From Bacteroidota bacterium (GTDB taxonomy: Bacteria; Bacteroidota; Bacteroidia; Flavobacteriales_D; Parvicellaceae), in NCBI GenBank assembly GCA_036159515.1, contig JAYYEV010000043.1, positions 8,795 through 72,794 on the forward strand: DNA of 64,000 nucleotides, in the 5' to 3' direction. Numbering within the stretch: position 1 is the first letter of the stretch; each line of letters starts with the position of its first letter. Both the position numbers and the translations under genes were made by a program. Under the pieces are notes generated by a model. The model was not told the origin of the DNA, made no database searches, and was given only the letters and a program-made list of their open reading frames with translations. Below are positions 46,813 to 54,506 of the stretch, in pieces.

Positions 46813-47826
46813 ATGATTGATCAAATACACACCATTTTAGATGAGGTAAATCAATTTGAATCCTCTAATATGAAAGAGATTGAAGCATTTCGAATTTCTT
46901 ACTTAGGAAAAAAAGGAAAGATAACGGCCTTGTTTCAATCGTTTAGAGACGTTCCTGTAGAGGAAAAGAAAGAGTTTGGTCAAAAACTAAATGTGTTAAA
47001 AAACACAGCAACGGACAAGGTAAATACATTAAAGCAAAATGCAAATAAGGGAAAAAAATCCAAAACAAATATGGATTATTCACTAACTCCACAGCCCACT
47101 AATTTGGGGTCTAGGCATCCTATTTCCATTATTCGTGAACAAATCATAAGTATATTTTCTCAAATAGGATTTTCTGTTTCTGAGGGACCTGAGATAGAAG
47201 ACGATTGGCATAATTTCACGGCTCTAAATTTTCCAGAAGAACACCCTGCTCGTGATATGCAAGATACATTCTTTATTAGTGAGGACATCGCTCTTAGGAC
47301 ACATACGTCTTCCGTTCAAGTTAGGGTTATGGAAAGTCAAAAGCCTCCTATACGTACTATTTCACCGGGAAGAGTGTATAGAAATGAAGCCATTTCGGCG
47401 AGAGCACATTGCTTTTTTCATCAGATTGAAGGTCTTTACATAGATGAAGATGTTTCATTTGCAGATATGAAACAAACATTACTTTTTTTTACAAAAGCGA
47501 TGTTCGGTGAACAAACGAAAATTAGACTTAGACCATCCTATTTCCCATTTACTGAGCCTTCAGCAGAGTTAGATGTGTCATGTACCATTTGTAAAGGTAA
47601 AGGGTGTAATGTATGTAAGTATTCAGGTTGGCTTGAAATTATGGGATGTGGCATGGTTGATCCTAACGTATTAGAAAACTGCAATATCGATTCAAAAAAG
47701 TATACTGGTTTTGCATTTGGAATGGGAATTGAACGTATTGCTCAACTTATTTATGAAGTAAATGATCTTAGATTATATTCCGAAAATGACTTAAGATTTT
47801 TAAGCCAGTTTAAATCCGCAAACTAA
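46813..47826 (+). CDS. pheS: Phenylalanine--tRNA ligase alpha subunit
   Basis: 337 aa. Motifs are HPARDMQDTFF, LRTHTSSVQVR, GRVYRNE, FHQIEG, FPFTEPSAE and GFAFGMGIERI. Confidence 0.95.
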   Translation: MIDQIHTILDEVNQFESSNMKEIEAFRISYLGKKGKITALFQSFRDVPVEEKKEFGQKLNVLKNTATDKVNTLKQNANKGKKSKTNMDYSLTPQPTNLGSRHPISIIREQIISIFSQIGFSVSEGPEIEDDWHNFTALNFPEEHPARDMQDTFFISEDIALRTHTSSVQVRVMESQKPPIRTISPGRVYRNEAISARAHCFFHQIEGLYIDEDVSFADMKQTLLFFTKAMFGEQTKIRLRPSYFPFTEPSAELDVSCTICKGKGCNVCKYSGWLEIMGCGMVDPNVLENCNIDSKKYTGFAFGMGIERIAQLIYEVNDLRLYSENDLRFLSQFKSAN

Positions 47827-48014
47827 CGTTGAGAATTATCCTTTTCATGGATAAAGGCGGAGTTGGAAATACGAAAAATCTTTACAATCACAACAAATGA
47901 TATCTTTGATTATCTATCCACATTTTTGCCTTCGAATTTCAAGAACTATTTATCAATAAATAAAAAGCGTTAGTTTTCGTTCTAACATCCCATCTTGTTC
48001 TGATCAAATAAAAT

Positions 48015-48374
48015 TTACTCTGATTTTTTAAGCAAATATTTATATATGGTCTGTTCACCAGATTGAGTAACGGTTTGCTCAACATAATTCCATCCATTCT
48101 GATTCATAAAGTTAAGAGCATGAACATTACTGTTGAAGGACACAACTTTTTTATTTTCGTTCATTATATTTTGTCTTTTCATAGACCATTTCTGCCCGTA
48201 GTCGACATAAACTTTAACTTTTGTTGGATTAACTAATCTCGCAGAAATGCTAAGCTCACAATATTCAATATCTAATTTATTAATGTCTGTATCATTAACT
48301 AAAACGTGTTGTGCATTATAGGAACTTATGCAAAAGAAAAGGGCAGCACTTGCCAATAAATTAATTTTTCTCAT
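48015..48374 (-). CDS. Hypothetical small secreted protein (119 aa)
   Basis: The signal peptide ends YNA|Q. I do not recognise a family. It is flanked by the two longest non-coding stretches of the window. Confidence 0.5.
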   Translation of the reverse strand: MRKINLLASAALFFCISSYNAQHVLVNDTDINKLDIEYCELSISARLVNPTKVKVYVDYGQKWSMKRQNIMNENKKVVSFNSNVHALNFMNQNGWNYVEQTVTQSGEQTIYKYLLKKSE

Positions 48375-48556
48375 AGTATGAAATTTTAATATTTACATAA
48401 TATTATTAAAATTAATTGAGTAATTATATTTCAAACCATTGTATTTAAATACATAAAAAGCAGAAAATCTTAGAAATAAGCTGATCTAAAAAAAATTAGT
48501 TTCAAAAATTCTGCTAATTATGAAACTGGATTATTAAATATACTATTGAATCAAAG

Positions 48557-49606
48557 TTAGATTTTAAAATTCCAACTGTAGCTGTCTAAATCATTAAGAC
48601 AATGTTGTATGAGTTCAATGCAATTAGATACATCTTTTTTATGAACCATTTCTATTACTTGATGGATATGTCTTGTAGGAATAGAAAAAGCGCCAGCAAT
48701 GGAGCCTCCAGGTGTCATTCTTTGAATATTGGCTGTATCTGTCCCGCCTGCTGTTAAAATTTCATGCTGCCAATTTATTTTATTTTTATCTGCTGTATTC
48801 TGCATGAAATTCACCATTCTAGAATCGCAAATAGTACTTCCATCGAGAATTTTGATGGCTACTCCACTTCCTAAAGACGTAATTTTCTCATGTTCTGCCG
48901 CGCCAGGTACATCGTAGGCAATAGTGGTATCTAGACCAAAACCAAAGTCAGGTTTTATTTTTTGTGTAGCTACTTGTGCCCCTCTTATCCCTACTTCTTC
49001 TTGAACAGTAAATACAGCATACGTATCAAATGCAGGGTTAGTTAATCTTTTAATCGTTTCTATTAAAATGAAAACGGCTATTCTATTGTCAAGGCTCTTA
49101 CAATTCACACAATCTCCCATTTCAATAAATTCCCTCTCTCTTGTTATTGGGTTGCCAATGGATATAATCTTAGCTACCTCTTTTTTAGGCAGACCGAGAT
49201 CTATATAGTAGTCTGTAATCTTGGGGACCTTATTTTTTTCTTCAGGGGTCATTACATGAATTGGCTTTGATCCCATAACTCCAATGATGTCTTTTTTCCC
49301 GTGAACAATGACACGCTGAGATGTCAATGTTTTAGGATCGAATCCGCCAAGTGTGTGAAATTTGAGAAATCCATTAGTATCAATATGAGTGACGATAAAT
49401 CCAATTTCATCCATGTGCGCACCAATCATCACTCTCTTTTTATTGCTTTTTCCTTTTTTGAGCACTATTACGTTACCCATATTATCTAACTCAATGTTAT
49501 CAGCAAAATCTTTGATTTCAGAAATGACTAATGATCTTACTCTATCTTCAAAACCAGGAGCACCTGGAGTCTCACAAATGTTTTTTAATAATGTTGTATT
49601 AATCAT
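48557..49606 (-). CDS. M42 family metallopeptidase (glutamyl aminopeptidase/FrvX-like)
   Basis: 349 aa. Motifs are PGAPGFED, GAHMDEIGF, LDNR and FTVQEEVGIRGA, plus a C-terminal IPTRHIH. Confidence 0.85.
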   Translation of the reverse strand: MINTTLLKNICETPGAPGFEDRVRSLVISEIKDFADNIELDNMGNVIVLKKGKSNKKRVMIGAHMDEIGFIVTHIDTNGFLKFHTLGGFDPKTLTSQRVIVHGKKDIIGVMGSKPIHVMTPEEKNKVPKITDYYIDLGLPKKEVAKIISIGNPITREREFIEMGDCVNCKSLDNRIAVFILIETIKRLTNPAFDTYAVFTVQEEVGIRGAQVATQKIKPDFGFGLDTTIAYDVPGAAEHEKITSLGSGVAIKILDGSTICDSRMVNFMQNTADKNKINWQHEILTAGGTDTANIQRMTPGGSIAGAFSIPTRHIHQVIEMVHKKDVSNCIELIQHCLNDLDSYSWNFKI

Positions 49607-49608
49607 AG

Positions 49609-51033
49609 TTATTCTATGTAGCTTAATTTGAGCATGTTTGTTTTTCCTCCCTCACCAAGAGGCATGCTAGCTGTATTTATAATTAAGTCTCCACTTTCAA
49701 CTAATTGTTGTTTCTTGAGTAAATGATGAATATCAGCTATAGTGTGATCTGTACTTATGGTTTTGTCGTAATAAAAGGTCATTACCCCCCAAACTAAGGA
49801 TAAAGTACTAAGTAGTTTCTTATTACTGGAGAAAACAAATATAGATGACTGAGGTCTTTGACTTGAAATTTTGTAAGATGTGTATCCAGAATGAGTCATG
49901 GTAATAATAGCTTTTGCACTTACCCGTTGAGCTAATCTACAAGCGTTAAAGCAGATGGAATCGGTAATAAATCTTTCGTGATTCTTTTTGGGCATTGTTT
50001 CCTTTATAAAAAGCTCAGTGTATTTTTTTTCTACTTCCTGTATAATTCTTGACATGATTTTAACAACTTCTACGGGATGTTTTCCTACAGATGTCTCACC
50101 ACTTAGCATGACGGCATCTACTCCATCCATTACAGCATTAGCCACATCATTAACTTCCGCACGATTTGGCGTAATGTTATCCATCATGCTTTCCATCATT
50201 TGAGTGGCAATAATTACTGGTTTGGCCATTTCTTTAGCTTTTTGAGCAATTTTCTTTTGGATTAAAGGAACATTTTCTAGAGGAATTTCGACACCTAAAT
50301 CTCCTCTAGCAACCATTACGGCATCGGTTTCCTGCATTATTCCGTCTAAATCTTCAACTGCTTCTGGTTTTTCAATTTTAGCAATTATTTTGGCGTTTCC
50401 ATTCATACTTGCTATAAGGTGCCTTAACTCTATTATTTCCCTAGCTGATCTCACAAATGAAAATCCAACCCAATCTACTTCTTGCGAAAGAGCTACTTCA
50501 AGATCTGCTTTATCTTTTGCGGTTAAACTTGAAGTTGAAATTTTAGTATTGGGGAGATTAACTCCCTTTCTAGAAAATAAGATACCCCCAGCAATTACCT
50601 CTGTAATTATTTCATCTTTTTGGTTGGTCTTCTTTACTTCAAGAAGAATTTTACCATCATCCAACAGAATTTTTTCTCCTTTATTCACATCAAAAGGCAA
50701 TTGGCTATAATTCACAAATGCAGATTTTCCTTTAGGAGTTTGATCACCAGTATATAGGGTGAAATCATCTTTTTTTTCTAAAAGCAATCCTTCAGCAGGC
50801 ATATCTCCAATTCTAATTTTAGGACCTTGTAAGTCAGCAAGTAATGCCGAATGAGTTTCTAACTTTTTATCTACTTCTCTTATTAATGCAATAGCTTTAA
50901 TATGATCTTCGTGGCTGCCATGAGAGAAATTGATTCTGAAAACATTCACACCCTGCTTTATCATATTTTCTATAATCTCCTTTGAATTAGTGGAAGGACC
51001 CACGGTGGCCACTATTTTCGTTCTTTTATTCAT
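49609..51033 (-). CDS. pyk: Pyruvate kinase
   Basis: 474 aa. Motifs are TKIVATVGP, FRINFSHG, MVARGDLGVEIP and ATQMMESM. Confidence 0.95.
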   Translation of the reverse strand: MNKRTKIVATVGPSTNSKEIIENMIKQGVNVFRINFSHGSHEDHIKAIALIREVDKKLETHSALLADLQGPKIRIGDMPAEGLLLEKKDDFTLYTGDQTPKGKSAFVNYSQLPFDVNKGEKILLDDGKILLEVKKTNQKDEIITEVIAGGILFSRKGVNLPNTKISTSSLTAKDKADLEVALSQEVDWVGFSFVRSAREIIELRHLIASMNGNAKIIAKIEKPEAVEDLDGIMQETDAVMVARGDLGVEIPLENVPLIQKKIAQKAKEMAKPVIIATQMMESMMDNITPNRAEVNDVANAVMDGVDAVMLSGETSVGKHPVEVVKIMSRIIQEVEKKYTELFIKETMPKKNHERFITDSICFNACRLAQRVSAKAIITMTHSGYTSYKISSQRPQSSIFVFSSNKKLLSTLSLVWGVMTFYYDKTISTDHTIADIHHLLKKQQLVESGDLIINTASMPLGEGGKTNMLKLSYIE

Positions 51034-51034
51034 G

Positions 51035-51454
51035 TTAAAAAATTAAATTTTTTTTGGATTGAAGAATAGACACATCAACCTTGTTTACTGCGAGAACAAA
51101 TGGGATATCTTTGAGTTTGTCAATGACATCATTAGAACTCATTAGATCGCTTGATTTAATCATAAGAAAGAAATCAACATGTTTCTGCTCTTCGATTAAA
51201 TGATAATTTTCATATTTATTTCCTATTAAATAATACGTTTCGAGAACATCATCACGTTCAAATTTAAATACAGGAAATTGACTATTTTGTTTTTCTTGTT
51301 GATTAAAAATAACTTCAATATTTTCTGCTGTTCTTTCTAATGAAAGACCTAATAAATTATTTATTGCCCAACAAATCCTGTAATCTTTTTCATGGCTTGA
51401 TATTCCATAAAGATCAAAATCATATTCGTATTCCTCCTCTAAATGATATTTCAT
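51035..51454 (-). CDS. IPExxxVDY family protein (small conserved Bacteroidota protein upstream of pyk)
   Basis: 139 aa. It contains LIEEQKHVDFFL, a variant of the IPExxxVDY signature. It ends 1 nt before the pyk start. The family assignment is from memory. Confidence 0.5.
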   Translation of the reverse strand: MKYHLEEEYEYDFDLYGISSHEKDYRICWAINNLLGLSLERTAENIEVIFNQQEKQNSQFPVFKFERDDVLETYYLIGNKYENYHLIEEQKHVDFFLMIKSSDLMSSNDVIDKLKDIPFVLAVNKVDVSILQSKKNLIF

Positions 51455-51552
51455 TCAAATAAATGTATCCTAATTTAACCTAAAAATAGTAGTAAAGATT
51501 ATTAGATATACATAATTGATTGTGAACTTAACGTTTAATTAATGAAAGGGAT

Positions 51553-52965
51553 TTACATATTTAAAATGTATTGACTTGCACTATACAGTAAATCTTCGTT
51601 GAAAGCATTGCTCATAAGTTGCACACCAAAGGGTAAATTGTTGGAGTGTTGACCCATTGGTAACGAAATAGCCGGAAGGCCAACTATGTTTGCATGAACT
51701 GTAAAAATGTCCTGCAAATACATTTGGATAGGGTCATTTATTTCACCTATTTTGAAAGCAGTAGTTGGTGTAGTTGGAAAAAGCAAAATATCGTTCTCTG
51801 TTAACATTTGCTCAGTTTCTTCCTTAATTAATCTTCTTACTTTTTGAGCCTTTGTAAAATAGGCATCATAATAACCAGAACTCAAGACAAAATTCCCCAA
51901 CATTATTCTTCTTTTAACCTCTAAGCCAAAACCTTCTGTTCGGCTAAGTTCATACGTGGAGTTTATGTCATTTGCGTTTTCACTTCTGTAGCCAAAATGA
52001 GCTCCATCGTATCGTGCTAGGTTAGATGATGCTTCAGCTGTAGTTAAAACATAATAACAAGGAACAAGATGTTTTACAAATGGGAAATTGATATAGTTAA
52101 TTTGATGCCCATCCCTTTTTAATTTTTGAATGATGGAATCAGTTTGTGTTTTGATTTCAGGGTCAAGGCTTTTAAAGTGAAGGTAATCTTTGGGGATACC
52201 TACAGTCATTTTTTTGCTAAGTGGATCAATTTTCTTTTGATGGGTTTTTGTATTAGCTATTGTGCTATCAAATTCATCTTTTCCGCTCATGATATGAGTC
52301 AACAAACAAGCATCTTGAATTTGATTGGTAAATACACCAATTTGGTCAAAACTTGAGGCATATGCTAACAACCCATTTCTTGAAATTCTGCCATATGATG
52401 GTTTCATACCAATAACCCCACAAAATGATGCGGGTTGCCGAATAGAACCACCAGTGTCTGAACCTAATGATGCCATACACAATCCTTCTGCAACAGCTAC
52501 GGCTGAACCCCCAGAAGAGCCACCAGGAACCCTAGTTTCGTCTAAATGATGCTTTACTGGACCATAATAACTATTTTCATTGGAGCTCCCCATAGCAAAT
52601 TCATCACAATTTAACCTACCAATGATAATGGCATCTTCTTTTAAAAGTCGTTGTACAGCGGTGGCATTAAACACAGAATTAAAGCCATTCAAAATTTTAG
52701 ATGATGCAGTAACTTCATGATTTTTATAGCAAATATTATCTTTAATGCCGATAATCATACCTGCTAGAGCACCTTGATTTTTGTCCTTGATTTTATCGTT
52801 AATTTCAGCAGCTTTTTTTAGTGCACTGTCCTTAAAAATTTCAATAAATGCATTTGTACTAGAATGCTCTATCTTTTGGAAATAATGCTTGCAGACGTCT
52901 GCAAGATCTAACTTACCTTGAACTAAAAGTTGATTAATTTCTGAAAAAGAAGAAGGAAGATTCAA
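51553..52965 (-). CDS. gatA: Asp-tRNA(Asn)/Glu-tRNA(Gln) amidotransferase subunit A
   Basis: 470 aa. The amidase signature is GGSSGGSAVAVA...GSDTGGSIRQPA. Confidence 0.95.
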   Translation of the reverse strand: MNLPSSFSEINQLLVQGKLDLADVCKHYFQKIEHSSTNAFIEIFKDSALKKAAEINDKIKDKNQGALAGMIIGIKDNICYKNHEVTASSKILNGFNSVFNATAVQRLLKEDAIIIGRLNCDEFAMGSSNENSYYGPVKHHLDETRVPGGSSGGSAVAVAEGLCMASLGSDTGGSIRQPASFCGVIGMKPSYGRISRNGLLAYASSFDQIGVFTNQIQDACLLTHIMSGKDEFDSTIANTKTHQKKIDPLSKKMTVGIPKDYLHFKSLDPEIKTQTDSIIQKLKRDGHQINYINFPFVKHLVPCYYVLTTAEASSNLARYDGAHFGYRSENANDINSTYELSRTEGFGLEVKRRIMLGNFVLSSGYYDAYFTKAQKVRRLIKEETEQMLTENDILLFPTTPTTAFKIGEINDPIQMYLQDIFTVHANIVGLPAISLPMGQHSNNLPFGVQLMSNAFNEDLLYSASQYILNM

Positions 52966-52971
52966 GACAAT

Positions 52972-53157
52972 TTATGCTTTTTTATCCGCATCGCTTTCAT
53001 CCTTATTTGTAGCGTCTTTAAATTCTTTAACGCCTTTACCTAATCCGCGCATTAGTTCAGGTATTTTTTTACCACCAAAAAGGAGCAGAACCACAATAAC
53101 AATGAGCACAATACCCCAGGGCCCCATTTTTTGAACGAATAAAAACATGTTTTCCAT
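52972..53157 (-). CDS. tatA: Twin-arginine translocase TatA/TatE family subunit
   Basis: The TM helix plus hinge LLLFGGKKIPELMRGLGKGVKEFKDA is diagnostic. The true start may be an internal Met (M4 or M11). Confidence 0.85.
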   Translation of the reverse strand: MENMFLFVQKMGPWGIVLIVIVVLLLFGGKKIPELMRGLGKGVKEFKDATNKDESDADKKA

Positions 53158-53178
53158 GCGACAAATGTATTAAAAAAT

Positions 53179-53619
53179 TTAAAGTCTAAAACCAGTTATA
53201 GCAGAAACACAACCTGATATTTCTTCTTTTTCTTCAGCTTCACCTTCATTACTATTTGCAGATGATTTAGGAATGATCAAGGAAATTATAAGTTGTTGAG
53301 TTGTAGATACTCTAAAATCAAAGTTCTTAATTTCTTCACCATGGTTATCAAAATATAATTGTCGCTTTGCGTTTCGGATGGTAAATTGAATATTTCCAAG
53401 TGATTCATCAGCACAAACAGCTATACGATAATGTTGACCTTTGTAGAAAGTGGCTATAAATTGGTGCTTTTCACCGGGTTTTAACTCACTGGTATTTGAC
53501 TCACCTGTGGCTACGTAATTCCCCAGAAGCTTTTTACAATATTCTTTCGCAAAACCGCGACATTGAGCATTTGAATTTGAAATAACAAATAGGCTGAATA
53601 GGATGATTATAAGTCTCAT
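53179..53619 (-). CDS. Hypothetical secreted protein (146 aa)
   Basis: The signal peptide ends SNA|Q. Three Cys residues and an acidic stretch (EGEAEEKEE) lie near the C-terminus. I do not recognise a family. ATGA overlap with the upstream gene. Confidence 0.5.
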   Translation of the reverse strand: MRLIIILFSLFVISNSNAQCRGFAKEYCKKLLGNYVATGESNTSELKPGEKHQFIATFYKGQHYRIAVCADESLGNIQFTIRNAKRQLYFDNHGEEIKNFDFRVSTTQQLIISLIIPKSSANSNEGEAEEKEEISGCVSAITGFRL

Positions 53620-54506
53620 AAGAATTGATTTAATATATTTTGTCTAATACTTAAAATTTTATTTCGGATTAAATTAAGATCAGTCTCTTTCAAATTAAAG
53701 GTAAGATAATTTCCTAACTCATATTCATTATCAATTAACTTAATAGAAGTTGAATCTAGGTTTTCAATAGGATAAGGAATACTGTCAAATATCGATTTAA
53801 GCTCTATTAATGGAGAAATGATGTATTCGTTTATTCTATCGCTAAACTCAAAAGTTTTATTCAATTGAATCAAGTTTTCTAATACTATTTTTTGATCAGA
53901 TATAATTTCTTTAATGGATTTGTTTGTGGTATCAACTAATGATAATCCACAAGCAATATGAATTCCTTCTACCCAACCACCAGTTATAAGCAAAGCCGCT
54001 AAATCATGATCTTCATTTTCTTTTAGCATATTATCAATCTCCCAAAATTGATCACTAATGATAATCTGCATGGAATCCTTATTGTTTATGTTATTATCAA
54101 TTCTCTTTTTGGTTTGGTCATTAATGACTGCACTTAAATTAATCTGCTTAGCTAGTTTAATCACTTCTTCTAGTAATCGACTGGTTTCTTTTTGCTTTTC
54201 ATATACCATAGTGTAGTTAAGGTCAGTGCTTAAAACTCCTAATACCAAAGCAGCGCTTGTTTTTTTGGAAAACGGCATTAATTCATCTTTGGGAAACAAA
54301 AGATCACCAGAAAATTTTAATCCACCTTCTCGAATTAGAACGGTTGTTTCAATAGGAGAAGGAATACTGTAATAAATATTTTCTAATACTTCATCATTAG
54401 GATTTGAATCGGTTGGAACTACAGTATTTAGAACTACTTTTTTTTCTTCTACCGAATCACAACTTATTATGGCAGACAATATAACGTATATAAGGAGTTT
54501 TTTCAT
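53616..54506 (-). CDS. Hypothetical lipoprotein (296 aa)
   Basis: The lipobox is AIISC. The sequence has helix-favouring composition. I do not recognise a family. It starts immediately after the polA stop (54507). Confidence 0.5.
   Translation of the reverse strand: MKKLLIYVILSAIISCDSVEEKKVVLNTVVPTDSNPNDEVLENIYYSIPSPIETTVLIREGGLKFSGDLLFPKDELMPFSKKTSAALVLGVLSTDLNYTMVYEKQKETSRLLEEVIKLAKQINLSAVINDQTKKRIDNNINNKDSMQIIISDQFWEIDNMLKENEDHDLAALLITGGWVEGIHIACGLSLVDTTNKSIKEIISDQKIVLENLIQLNKTFEFSDRINEYIISPLIELKSIFDSIPYPIENLDSTSIKLIDNEYELGNYLTFNLKETDLNLIRNKILSIRQNILNQFL

Noticed and set aside
47847-47900. A 17-codon micro-ORF (MDKGGVGNTKNLYNHNK) in the spacer after pheS.
   Set aside because: It is too short to support without conservation or ribosome-profiling data. 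It is mentioned only as context for the unusually long spacer.
47966-47990. A possible weak terminator (GTTAG-N8-CTAAC plus a short T-run on the minus strand) after gene 48015-48374.
   Set aside because: The stem is only 5 bp and the T-tract is interrupted, so it is not strong enough to report as a feature.
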